Source: Octopus bimaculoides
Lineage: Eukaryota
NCBI RefSeq assembly: GCF_001194135.2
Contig: NC_068984.1
Coordinates: 39,953,246 to 39,990,859, forward strand
Length of the DNA stretch: 37,614 nt
Direction: 5' to 3'
A program made the position numbers and the translations under genes. Position 1 is the stretch's first letter, and each line of letters begins with the position of its first letter. This document shows positions 22,757-34,778 of the stretch, one piece after another. The notes under the pieces are model-generated. The model saw only the letters and a list, made by a program, of their open reading frames with translations, ran no database searches and had not been told where the DNA came from.

Positions 22757-23679
22757 TGGCTGTAGTGAAAGGATAGGGAAACAGTTTAACAAGCTGCTGC
22801 CAACAAAAGATTTTTTTTCTTTTTGAGCAAAGGTAGTCTATAAGAAGAATATTGTTAATAGGTATCATGGAATGCAAAGTGCATGTAAGTGGAAGCATGG
22901 TTATGTGGTTAAGAATTTCTACGTTTGATCTCACTGCTCAGCCTATTAGACAAGCCATTTCTACCATAGCCTTGGGTTGACCCACATCTAATTAGTGGAA
23001 TTTGGTAGCCAGAAATTTTACATAATCCTGTTGTATATATCAGTGGCATAGATTTAGTGTACCACCTGGGGCATACAAATAGATAATTTTTCAATAGGGT
23101 ATTTACTGTCTGATAAACTGGTAGGTACTTGTAGGGTCTATAAAAACTTTTTTTTACGAGTACTTCTAAAGATAAGTCCTTTACTGGTAATCAAACAACC
23201 AGGTATGGATTCATTTCATTTTTGGTTTGGCTTTGGCAAAAACTTTAATGATTTATTTTCACATCATATCAGGACATTTTTAATACTTTTTCTGTTTTTG
23301 GTTTTATTTTATTTTTAATTAAATAATTTATATCTACAAAACATCATGAAATTATTTTGAAGGTGTAACTATTGCTTATTCTCAAAGACTTCAATAATTT
23401 TTCACTATATAATTTACTTATGCAGCATCTTAGCTTTATCTAATTTGGCTTTTAAATAATTTAATAAAACACACACAAACATTAAAGTGACATAAAAATT
23501 CATGCCTGCTGAAATCATTATTTTAAAAAATATAATTTTATTATCATATTGCATTTCAAATTTAATCTCAGTGTAGCACTTTGGGCAAGTGCCTTCTACT
23601 ATAGTCCCAAGCTGACCAAACCCTTGTGAGTGGATTTGATAGATGGAAACTGAAAGAAGCCTGCTGTGTATATCTATTA

Positions 23680-24060
23680 TCTTTTATCTTTTCCTTGTTT
23701 CAGTCATTGGACTGCATCCTTGCTGGGGCACTATCTTGGAGTGTTTAGTTGACCAAATCAATCCCAGTACTTATTTTTAAAGCACTTATTTTATCAATCT
23801 CCATTGCTGAACCACTAAGTTACAGGGCTGTAAACAAACCAACACTGGTTGCCAAGTGGTTGTGGGTGACAAATACATATAAAAAGACACACACACACAT
23901 AGATATACACATATATACATATATGTGACAAGTTTTTCTCACTTTATGTTTACCAAATCTCCTCACAAGTATTTGATTGACCCAGGGTAATAATGGAAGA
24001 CTGAACCCAGGACCATGTTGTTGGTAAGTAAACTTCTTACCACATAGCCATACCTGCACT
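23680..24060 (-). mobile_element. SINE family D (family B-type head, CR1-type tail)
   Basis: The minus strand begins with the GTGGTAAGAAGTTTACTTACC head; (TG)n-like middle; ends CCCCAGCAAGGATGCAGTCCAATGACTGAAAA plus A-rich tail. Confidence 0.7.
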
Positions 24061-24073
24061 TCAAAAAGTCAAA

Positions 24074-24135
24074 GGCTGCCCACGGGACTCAAACCCACAT
24101 CTCCTGTAAAGATGTTTTAGCCTTGGACCAAAGCC
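24074..24135 (-). pseudogene. Degenerate tRNA-like sequence or isolated SINE head
   Basis: Minus strand TGGTCCAAGGCTAAAACA (A-box-like) and GGTTTGAGTCCCGTGGGCAGCC (B-box/T-arm), followed by T-runs; no intact cloverleaf. Confidence 0.3.
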
Positions 24136-24138
24136 ATC

Positions 24139-24169
<31 letters not shown>

Positions 24170-24172
<3 letters not shown>

Positions 24173-24416
24173 AACACGCACACATACATGCATGCGTGCA
24201 CTTGGGTGTCTTGACATCACATGATGGTTGTAAAATGAGTATCACCATCATACAAGTTTATTTCCAGTCTTCATGTCTGGCCATGGGAAATATTACCTTG
24301 CTTGGAAACAAAGGAAGGTTGGTGACAAGAAGGGCATTCTGCTGTAGAAAATCTACCTCAATAAAATCTGACCAATCCAAGCATGGAAAAGTGGATATTA
24401 AAAAATCATGATGATG
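24170..24416 (+). mobile_element. SINE family B 3' half
   Basis: ATGTCTGGCCATGGGAAATATTACCTTGCTTGGAAAC...GTGGATATTAAAAAATCATGATGATG. Confidence 0.75.
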
Positions 24417-24739
24417 AAATAGAGATTGTTAGAAAATCTAGGATAAATTTTTTAGACATCAAATTCAAATCCCAAACTCACAAGCTGGATACAAATTTAT
24501 AGTTATATCTCATACTATTTTTGGAGCATACAAGCTGATACTGATGATTATTATAAATTGATTTATTGTAGTTCAATAATGATTTTGTGCTGTATCCAAG
24601 AGCTTATAATCAGCATCTTTTGTGGTTTGTTTTCTTTGCCACTATTATGTAGTAAAATTTTATGGATAAACTTTTTGTAAAAAATTTATAGTAATGGAAT
24701 AATAGAGTAATTATGTCAGACCAAAAATAGAAAATACCG

Positions 24740-25965
24740 ATGATAAAAAAAAGACTAATAGATGGAGATGTATGTTTTTGTTGAAGACATAGTAGGCTTT
24801 ACTATAGTGCTTAAAATTTTGTGAAAGATTTTCCAACAATAAAAAGTAACTAAGAATAACATTTTATGAATAAAAACTCTTCTTTTGCTGAAAAATAACC
24901 AGTTAGTGGCAAATGCAGAAGAGTGATCTTTGAACAGGAGAAGAAATAAAAAAAAAGTTGAGATAATTTTGGGAAATTTTTTACGACTCAAAATTGATTA
25001 CTTTTGCTAGTTTTATCGTATCAAAGACAATTGTATGTTATGGGAAACACTTTCATAACAAAGAAATGTTCTTAAATATTGCTGACTATTTATTTTCCAA
25101 CTTTAATGACAAAAATGATATGATAATTAGTATCAAAGAAATGCCTTTCTTGGTAAGATCAATCAAAGAGCAACAGATATGATATAAAATATTACTGAAC
25201 AATAAATTAAAAACATGAATTCTGTTCTAGTATATGTAATTATATGTGATGTAAATAACATTTAACAGAATGCATTTTTAATGTAGAAATACTAATTCTT
25301 AAAAATTTCTCAAAAAGAAGTGAATGAATTGATACTATTTAAAGGCCAGACAAAAGGCAAAGATATCTGCCAAGTGTTTTAAATTGGTTGAAAGAGAAAA
25401 AAGAAACAATAGATAGAGCACCAATTATGAAAAGGATAATAAAAACATTTGTGACTTCACTGATGAATTTACTTAATCAAAAGTTGCTTTCCTTTCACTG
25501 TATTATTTTACCAAGAAGTACTCTGCACTTAAAATTTCTTCAATCTTGCTGACAAAATTGTAAACAAGATAATGGCAAGAAGTCTAAATCACTGACAATT
25601 CTGTGCATTATTAGGGGAGGTTGATAGCAGTTATTCAGATTTATTGCTACATAATAACATCTGAAGGTTTTCTTAAGGTGATGATGCTTGCGAAAAAATT
25701 TACAGCTTGCACAGAATACATAAAACAATCCCTGTAAACCACTTAATGGTAATGCTAAATGCTTTCCTGAACTGAAAATGTCTGGTTAGCAGGAAAATTT
25801 GCATTTTATGGTAGATCAAAATTTGTCATTTGAATTTGTTTTGCAAAAACCTCCAGGGAAAAGAAAATACATCTCGTTAGTTGCTAGAAGTTTTAGCCTT
25901 TGAGTGCAAATTAACAGTTTTGAGAGACACTGAAAATGGTGAACTGACACATTTTTTTTTGGTCA
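24740..25965 (+). mobile_element. hAT (Charlie/SPIN, GTF2IRD2-like) transposase fossil
   Basis: Fragments EMFLNIADYLFSNFNDKNDMIISIKEMP, IVNKIMARSLNH*QFCALLGEVDSSYSDLLLH and NLQGKE...AFECKL...GELTHF match recalled hAT transposase blocks; many stops. Confidence 0.75.
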
Positions 25966-26479
25966 CTTTATTGGCCATTTTTCCATGCTTGCATGGGTTG
26001 GATGGAATTTATGGAGGCAAATTTTCTACGGACAGATACATTCCTACAGAATATTGTTGGAAATGAATAACAGTGACAGTCATTTATAACCATCAAATGA
26101 TGTCAAGACAAGGAGACATAAATACACACACACACACACAGTTATACATACAAACTTATTAGCAGTTCAAATATGCTTCAGGCATATTCAAACTTGTAAG
26201 AAAGTCATATGTGTAATTTGCCATGGACAAAATTTCTTGCTTTAGACATAGATGTAAACACACAGACTCATCTATATATGTATGTAAAAGTGCAAATATG
26301 TACACACACACACATTTATATACTCCACTTCCTCTAACACCCATCACTTCTCTATCCACAGCACTACTTGGCTGCTGTAATTGCTTGAGAGCAGAACTAG
26401 CAAAAGCTACATCTCTCACCATTTATTATTTCTTGTCCCAGTTACCCCTACCCCCACCCCTTCAATCTTGCATTCTCAT

Positions 26480-26950
26480 CATCATTCCTTCCCACACTAT
26501 TTTCACAGATTGACTTGTTTCTCTGCTGTCAGTTATCTATCCTTCTCCTCTGTCGTACTTCATCTTAGCACCTTCTCATATCTGTCATCATGCCCCACTC
26601 ACTTTAGCCATCCTTATGTACTCTTACATGTCCCTCCCCATCACTCCTACACCTTGCACATCACCTCCCTACCATCTGTTCTATCTTCCACCCTAAGTTA
26701 CCTCTGTTTCTCTCACCTTAACCCCTCTTTATATTGGTATTTTCCCATCAACTGCACCTCCACCTTTGTTCATCACTTGCTACATTCATGTCTACCACCA
26801 TTTCCAACCATCTCCCCTCACATTCTTATGAAACTACTCCCCTCCCTCCACTGCCAATCCACTGCATGTATTCTCTCTTATGCTCACCTTGTACTTGAGG
26901 GTGAGCATAAGTCTCTTTTCTTCTTTTCAGCTACTCTTACCTAACCTTAT
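26480..26950 (-). mobile_element. Possible highly degenerate LINE RT fragment
   Basis: Minus-strand GWLK*VGHDDR resembles the RLxWxGH motif; otherwise weak. Confidence 0.3.
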
Positions 26951-27119
26951 AAAATGCAGGTTAGTCATATATCTTCTTTAGAGCAAGATACCTGCACCAG
27001 TCCTTCTACCATAACATTAACATTTCAGCACCTGGCATAAAGCCACTGCTCCACTCTTAACTACTTCCCCCATTTAGTCAAGGGGGCTTCCTTTTCCCTT
27101 TTCTTGCTCTTACCCTGGT

Positions 27120-27333
27120 TCCCAAAGTACTTGGTGACCTCAGTAGTGCTGTAGTATGAGGAAATCACCCAGTACACACTGGAAAATGGTTGGTGTTAAA
27201 AAGGGCATCCAATCATAGAAACCATGCCAAAGTTGATATTGGAACTCAATGCAACTCTGTGAATTATCAGAGCCAGTCAAACAATACAACCCATGCCAGC
27301 ATGGAAAAACAGATGTTAAATGATGATGATGAT
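27120..27333 (+). mobile_element. Older RTE-type 3' tail
   Basis: GGTTGGTGTTAAAAAGGGCATCC...AACCCATGCCAGCATGGAAAAACAGATGTTAAATGATGATGATG. Confidence 0.7.
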
Positions 27334-27688
27334 ATAATGCAAATGGTTTCTCTCAAGCATCACTCAGGATGAGGAAGGGTGTGGACAGTAGAAAGCTATA
27401 ATGCATACACCTACGACACTTCATTAAGGACCTAAGCATCTGCAATTCAAATACATACAAGACTTAAACACTGAGAGACATTAACATCAAAAACACATTG
27501 AGATACACAAGCAAACACACACACATATACAGGCATATAGGTTTGAATTTGTAGAAATGCAAGCAAGTGAATTTTGTTTACTTTCAACATAAACCTACAT
27601 AAATTCTTCTAATTATTTCATGTAATTGCATGATTAATGAATAACATTTGTTTTCATAGATCCCTCCCTTTGAATATATTTATATATA

Positions 27689-28770
27689 TATTGGGTCATC
27701 CCATAAATAATGCATTTTTTTTCAATTTCATGAACTAAAAGTTGGATGGGTACAGGATAAACTATCTGCATCAACTTGCTATAAAAGCAAGTAGTAATTT
27801 TACCTTGTACTTATTCTTAGTGCAAATTTCGAAGAGTGCAGTTCGATTTTAACAGTTATATTTTCAAAGCTATAATAGAAGTGACAAAGGAGCATATTCA
27901 GCATATTTTGCTTTATGAGTTCAATAAAGATAACAATGCAATGGAAAGTGCGAGGAATATTAATGCAGTATATGGGGATCGGACAATAAGTGTAAGTCAG
28001 TGTCAACAGTGGTTCCAGAAAATCCAAGCCGGAAACTATAGCCTAGAAGACAAGCCTCATCCTGGAAGATCTGTAGAGCTTGACGAGGATGTCCTGCAAA
28101 CTCTGGAAGAACAAAATCCCATCGTAACTGTTGAGGAACTAGCAGAAAAGCTTGGATTTGGTCATTCAATCATTAATTGACACCTGTGTGCCATTGGAAA
28201 AGTCAGCAAATTGGGTCAATGGGTTCCTCACAAACTTTCCAAGTCCAATCGAATGCAGAGAATGAATTTGTGCTCTTCTTTGCTGTCACATCTCACGAAC
28301 GACCTTCTTTTTGGACCAAATAGTGACTGGTGACAATGTGTTCTCTATAAAAATGTCAAGTGCTAAAGACAGTGAGTAGGGAAAGGAGAAACACCAGCAC
28401 CCCAAGCTAAAGAAGGTCTTCACCCACATAAGGTGTTGTTATCTGTTTGGTGGGATATGAAAAGATGAAAGGTTTAGTCCACTTTGAATTTTTAGACCCA
28501 AACCAAATTATAAAGGAGATCTACTGCATGCAGCTTGTGCAGCTTAACTTAGCGCTAGAAGAAAAACAACCATCTTTGGTTTCAAGACAAGAGGTGTTCT
28601 TTCATTAGGATAATATTCAGCCACATACAGCAAGGATGACGTTGCAAAGGCTGGAACAGTTTGAACAAGAAACGATACTCCACCCACTATATTTGTTGGA
28701 CATTGCTCCATCTGATTATCATTTATTCCGTAGTCTTCAAAATCATTTGGACAGAAAAAATATGAATTCT
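27689..28770 (+). mobile_element. Near-full-length degenerate mariner (DD34D) transposon
   Basis: TIR TATTGGGTCATCCCATAAATAATGC; WVPHKL, IVTGD, HxDN and DIAPSDYHLFRSLQN motifs; stops and frameshifts; right end missing. Confidence 0.9.
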
Positions 28771-29279
28771 GTTTACAACTATCATCTGATGTTAAGACAA
28801 AGACACACAAATACATTATACAGCTGTTCTCTAGAAAGACTGACTCTCAAGTTTGGAGATAGTTAAAAGATTTTTAACTTTGGTCCAAAAATCCAAAGAA
28901 AGCATGAATTTCATCATCTTTTGTTTCTTTGGTATCTCTGATAGGGTTTGACAACATTACCCTTACTCCTCCTATCTGAGATCAATTGTTACACAAGTGC
29001 AGGGCCTCCAGAATTCTCTAATGAATCATTGTGTATTTTACCAGATAATAATGCTGAGATACATCTATTGGGCTTGATGCTTGAAATCTTCAGCAAGAGC
29101 TTAACTTGAGCCAAAACAGAAGCAGATTGAATGGTTCGCAACATTTAACAGTGTGAAGAAAAAAAACTCTAAGAATCTTTGTAGGTTGTTTGATATGCAG
29201 AAACTTCTGGCTTTAGTATATCCTACTCAGTAACATTTTCAAGCAATCCAAGTATAATGTATGTCTTTGTCAAGTGGTG

Positions 29280-30200
29280 CAAATTTGGCCACTAACTCTA
29301 TTTGAAGATAATGAAATTGAAAAGTTTTACTGTACAAGGCTACAGAAAGAAGCATTCTTGTTGATTGACATGTACAATATATTCCCTTCCAATGACACTG
29401 CCAAAACTTGTCAAGCTTATCTTTAACAGGGATACTTTGCATTCTTTGTTTGTTTGCATTTCTTCTTGGTCCATGTACAACAGGATAAAATCTGATGGTA
29501 TGGTAACATTTCCACAAAAGGATCATACTGGAATATCTTGAAAAAGTTGTAAGCATGGTATCCTTTGAATTATGTGCAGCTATGCAGCAGTTGCGTGAGT
29601 GAAGTAATCCTATTATCCAATTTTCCAGTGGACAGCATATTGAATGCTGTGATATCTTCATGAATGGTAAAGTCAAAGAAAAGCATCAGAAAACCTTATA
29701 GTTGCTGGTGCATTCTCCTTCCTGGAATTGAGTAATATCTTCATTGCAGTTTTGCTGCATCAGAGCAAACAATACAGCATTAGATCTCTTGGTGATGTAT
29801 ATTTGATGGATTTTATTGAACTACTGAATGCAAAACTGATTTGTGCATTAGGGGTAGGTAACAAACAACTTTCTTTTGTCAATTTCATGCTACCTGTCCA
29901 AGATTTTAAAGCCTACATCCCTTGGTACCCTTTTTCTGTAAACAAGATAGCTTTGCTTGAGTCTCCTCAACAAATGGTCATGGAACCATGTGGATTTTAT
30001 CAATACTGAAGAACTCTTTCTCCTTGCAAAGCTCTGGCAGCAGATATGATGGAATCAATTTGATCAGAGTGAATCTTATTTGTAAACAAGATCAAAATAT
30101 GTGCATGTGGCAAATCCCCTTTTTTCATTGTATTACTGAAGGAAATATCATTTGTAGCTAATTTTTGTAAAAGACTACAATTTGTCTTCCCACTTAATTT
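29280..30200 (-). mobile_element. Helitron Rep(-helicase) fossil, internally deleted
   Basis: KGDLPHAHILILFTNKIHSDQIDSIISA (Rep HUH motif, 30099-30110) and NAQISFAFSSSIKSIKY (about 29793-29850); weaker helicase-like FCGNV...ILPVV at about 29480-29530. Confidence 0.7.
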
Positions 30201-30675
30201 AAAATCAGCCAGTATGAAATTATATGTATCTGCTTAATCAACACCAGCTCTTCATTAATCAAGAATTTAGCTGCTACTGATTTTTGAAGGAAGGGGAGAA
30301 AGATAAAGTAGAGAGATAAGATAAAGTGTGTGTGACAAAGAGAGAAGATGGGTGGCAGGAGGAAGGTAAAAATGATTTGATAATAGGGATGTAGTAAGAA
30401 TCAGAAGATAAAAAACAAAAGAAAAACAAATAGTGATAGAAAAAGTAAGACAGAAAGAGAAAGACTGAAAGTAGTAAAGCTTTCAATGAAGAGGCAGGAA
30501 GAGTAAAACAAAGGTTCAGTACTGGGGTGGCAGCAAGGAGTTGGTAATAGTTACATATAAAAGAAAGAGCGAAAGGGGAAAATGGATATAGCAACACAAA
30601 CTTTCTCAGATATATAATAAAAGGATAATATTCATAAACACTAAATATATATATTTAGGTTCGAAATTTCCCCAA

Positions 30676-30721
30676 GACACCTGATGAAGGCTGGAGGGTA
30701 TATCAGCTGAAACATTGTATT
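30676..30721 (+). ncRNA. Degenerate minimal hammerhead ribozyme motif (Penelope-like element remnant)
   Basis: GACAC-CTGATGA-A-GGCTG-gagggtatat-CAGCT-GAAAC-ATT-GTATT: core boxes and stem II present, stem I matches at 4 of 5 positions. Confidence 0.55.
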
Positions 30722-30829
30722 AACAATGAACAAGATGAGGACAAATATCCGTCAAATGTAAATAACATGTGTGTATATATATATATTATAATGGAGAAAG
30801 CTACTTATTAATTAGGTATGCAACAGTTA

Positions 30830-32260
30830 CTAAAAGAAAGCAATTATTAAAGGCTTGACAGTTTGGAAATTTTTTTTTATAAATTCATGTTCCAAGAAAT
30901 TTCCTGTAATTTCAATTTCTGAAGTTTACTGAATTTAAGTATACTACAAGTTTTTCCCACATTTAAATATTCGTTGCATTCACTGCAGAGTAGATTTTAA
31001 TGTTTAATAAACAATATTATTCATTTGCAACAGTCTCTCACTCTCTCTTGCCTCTATTTTCATTAATGATAATTCAATTCAATTCAATGTTTTCAGTTCA
31101 AGTTTTAATTCGCTATTTGCAAAACCCACAGTTTATTCTATACATGTAATGCAAAAAAAGAATTTATTGAATGAATGAATGCTATTAGACAAAATAGCTG
31201 TATAACTTTGAGGTTTATGATATTTTCAAGAATATCAATTTCCAGAGTTTATTAAATGAATATTTTTGATAAAATGACAATTTTTTAATATACTGGTATA
31301 TAATTTTAAAAAATAAATAAATTAAGGAGTGACTTTGTATGGCTGTTTGGAACACTATAAGCCTTACAATAATAACTATGTGATCGCTGCTATTTCTAGC
31401 ATGCTAAATGTATTTAAGTTACCTTGAAGTTTGTTTAAATCAGAGATTATTACAACTACAATAAATTACTGAAAGAAATATTTACTAAGCAAGTGAGATT
31501 TTTTTATAAATTGAAGTTTTCAGGAAAATTTACTCTCTGAACTTCCTTTTATTATTGAATTTAAGTATTCAGTACAACATAGTTTTTAATTAGCTTTTAT
31601 AGGTTTTTATAAATTCCTCTGTTAATATATATCAATAAAAAGGCAGTTTCAAAGAGCCTGTTATTATTTAATATCACAAATCTAAATATTTGTTGCCAAG
31701 CTTTACGTTCACTGCAGAGTAGGTTTTAACATTTGATAGACAGTATTATGTTCTGGTGAAATTTTCTGTTTCATTTGCAACACAGTCTCTCACTCTCTTT
31801 CCCCTGCCTCTAATTGTTTTCATTAATAATAATTTGCTTAACATATATTCATTGCAATTTTTTCATTTCAAGTTTTATTTCATTATTTCAGATGAGGAAA
31901 TGAGGTATTTTGTTGACTTAAATTTGCTGTGTAAATGTCCTCAGTTTATTGTTTATATAGACTGGAAAAAAATTATATTGGACAACTTATTAAAACTTAC
32001 CGAAGTTTCTAACTCATGTGACTTATTCCTTTCTGTAAACAAGATAGCTTTGCTTGAGTTTCCTCAACAAATAATCTAAGAACTATCAAGTGAGTTTGTT
32101 GCTATGGCTATTTGATACATTATAGGTATTAAAATATCTCTATTTGATTGCTACTACTTTTTTGCACACTAAACATAGTTGGACTATCTTGATGTTCGTT
32201 TAAAAAAGAGAGATTATGACTGTGATAAAATAACAAAAGCAATATTTACAAAGCAAGTGA
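30830..32260. repeat. Three diverged copies of an AT-rich unit (starts near 30830, 31440, 32190)
   Basis: Shared blocks: TTCACTGCAGAGTAG (about 30978 and 31708); TCATTTGCAAC...AGTCTCTCACTCTCT (about 31021 and 31790); AATATTTAC.AAGCAAGTGAG (about 31477 and 32241). Confidence 0.6.
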
Positions 32261-32629
32261 GCACTATTATACAAAGAATTGCTGGCAATTTTTCTGCTCT
32301 TAAAAGGATTTTATCCTTTATATATACTGTTCAGTATTTATGTGCTGAAAAAAATTTTTCAACATGTTCTATCATAAAAATTATTAGAATTGGGAATCAA
32401 ATGTGAAAATATCAAGTGGATAGCAGAAAACTGCCTGAAAACGCGGAGAAGATCAAACAGGGACAACTGACAAAGGGGTATACTCTTTATGTTGCATGTC
32501 TCGTTTTTCTGTTTGTTTTTTTCCTTGTTCGAAAAAAGTTCGTTTTCTATGTTTTCGTTTTTGTTTTCATTTCTCATTGTGTTTAATGTTTTTTTTGATG
32601 TCCTGTACCTATATATGCATATATTTATA

Positions 32630-32636
32630 TATTATT

Positions 32637-32701
<65 letters not shown>
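32630..32701. repeat. (TA)n microsatellite
   Basis: Direct reading. Confidence 0.95.
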
Positions 32702-32703
<2 letters not shown>

Positions 32704-32736
32704 TAATTAACTTGTTTATAAACGTGCTATACTTAC

Positions 32737-32791
32737 AGGATATGCTCTTTCTGTGACAAGCTCATGTAAACGGTTTTTATTTTTCTTGATG
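32737..32791 (-). CDS. MRPL45: MRPL45 small internal exon (55 nt)
   Basis: (D)IKKNKNRLHELVTERAYP versus recalled human DHDRLHTLVTEHCFP; polypyrimidine tract plus AAAG acceptor, GTAAGT donor; phase 2/0 fits both neighbours. Confidence 0.9.
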
Positions 32792-33354
32792 CTTTAATTA
32801 AAACAAAGAAAATAAAACAAAATATTAGTAACTAATATATATATATATATGTTTAAGTGAATATATTGATTTCTTTTCAATAGTGGCAGACATATTAGGC
32901 TGAACAATGCTTGGTTTATGGAGGAGTTCTCATTTTGTATTATAGTACTGGCTATTTTATTTTCCAAAGTTTCTAATATTGCTTTCTCTGACTTTCAGGG
33001 AACCGTTGTCACATATTATCAAATAATTTCAAAGTACACATATACTAAACTTGAATAAAATGTTCAATAGTTTGTTTTTTTATTTGCTTTCAATAAATAT
33101 GTTCATTCAAGCATTATAATATAATATTTTCCAAAAGTCTTCAAAGAAAATTAGCAACAAGAGACCATACTTTTTAAATGAAAATCTAAATGGCTCATTA
33201 AAACACATGTGGCTATTTTTTTTAGAAAAAAGCTACATCTTTTCTATATTTTTAAGAAATTCATGTAAAATACATTTTCAATGGTTTGGTTTTCATTTGT
33301 TCTCATGTACCATGTATGTATACACATACACATACATACATACATACATACATA

Positions 33355-34778
33355 CAGAGTGGAGCAGAGAGGATGGACGTTTTTGAAATGGCTATTGCTC
33401 AGCCCTAGTGGGAGGGACATATTTCTGACAGGTACCATTTGGTCTGTGGTGTCTTAGCATTTATTATTATTTTTCAGATGAAACCATAGCACTGTGGATG
33501 ATAGAGCATTGTGTGTTTGCCTATGACAGTTACATGAAGAATAATGAGTCTGTCACAGCAGTTCAGAGTGAGTTTCGGTGCCATTTCAACATTCACTGAA
33601 ATCAAGCTATTCCCACCTGTAACACAATCTTACATTAGGTGAATGCACTTCGTACACAAGGTACACTAATGAATAGGAGACCAGTGGGGCACTGTGAATG
33701 GTATGGACGCTGGAAAATGTGGAATGCGTCAGACAAGCTTTGATACAGAGTCCAAATTGCTCTGCTTGGAAGCATTCCACTGAACCTGGGATCAGTAATC
33801 GATCAGCAAGGAATATTTTGCACAAAGACCTGTATTTCCACCCTTACAAATTGGTCATTGAGCAACAGTTGAAACCATGGGATTATGCGCAGTGGCTTAA
33901 CTTCGCATGTCAGATGAGAGCAATTTTTGAGGCAAATGACAGCCTCATTTTGTTAATGAGTGATGAAGCTCATTTTCATTTCAACAGCATGGTGAATCAA
34001 CAGAACTGCTGAGAGAACTGCACAAAAGACTACTGCACAGCCTAAAGTGACGGTCTGGTGTGCTGTTGGAAAAGCTGCCGTCATTGGTCCTTACTTTTTT
34101 GAAGACAATAATAGAAATGCTGTTACTGAGAACTCTGAGTGTTACATTGAGATAATAAACAACTTAATGAAAATGAATGCCTATTCGACATGTGTGGCTT
34201 CAGCAGGATGGAGCAATGGTCCACACAGCCAGAGCATCAATGGATGTTCTTCACCTTCTCTTCGGTGACCACCTCATTTCCGGGTTTGCTGACATTCCTT
34301 GGCCCCTTCAGTCCCCCAATTTGTCCATGTGTGACTATTTCTTGTGGGGAAACCTCAAGACACATGTGTATGCACATAATCCCCATACACTGGATGATTT
34401 GAAGGAAGCTATTCGTGTGGAAGCTGTTAGTGCTGGAGAGTGTGGAGGCCAACTTCCAAAAACGCCTTCAGGAATGCAGCAATGAAAATGGACACCATAT
34501 GATGGATGTTGTTTTCCACACTTGCTTTTGACAAATGCTAATTCAATACAAATACATTGATGGCAATAAAATTTGTTTGCAGCTAAAATTAATGATTTTG
34601 TGAATTTTTCAAAAATGTCCATACTCTCCTCAATACAATCTTATTATTTTAATCTTTCTTCGGATCTTAGATTGAAACTGATAAATTCGAACAATTGGGT
34701 AAAATTGAATTTTCAGTTGAGAATAAGGCCTAATTTTTACATGGAGAGGATGGACGTTTTTCAAAAACATCCACCCTG
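33355..34778 (+). mobile_element. Tc1/mariner superfamily DD41D (rosa) transposon, degenerate
   Basis: TA|CAGAGTGG... and ...CCACCCTG|TA ends; MSDEAHF, QQDGA and WPLQSPNLSMCDYFLWG motifs; 41 residues counted between the second and third Asp. Confidence 0.85.
34633..34726. repeat. About 94-bp sequence repeated directly at 36026-36120
   Basis: ATACAATCTTATTATTTTAATCTTTCTTCGGATCTTAGA.TGAAACTGATAAATTCGAACAATTGGGTAAAA...TTTTCAGTTGAGAATAA; only a few differences. Confidence 0.9.

Noticed and set aside
26381-26944. 187-aa Ser/His/Leu-rich ORF
   Set aside because: CT-rich low-stop sequence, probably the antisense of a decayed LINE; no recognisable domain or splice support.
32737-32784. Alternative 48-nt version of the small MRPL45 exon (acceptor at 32785-32786)
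   Set aside because: It is phase 0, but the upstream exon ends in phase 2. Only the 55-nt form keeps the frame.
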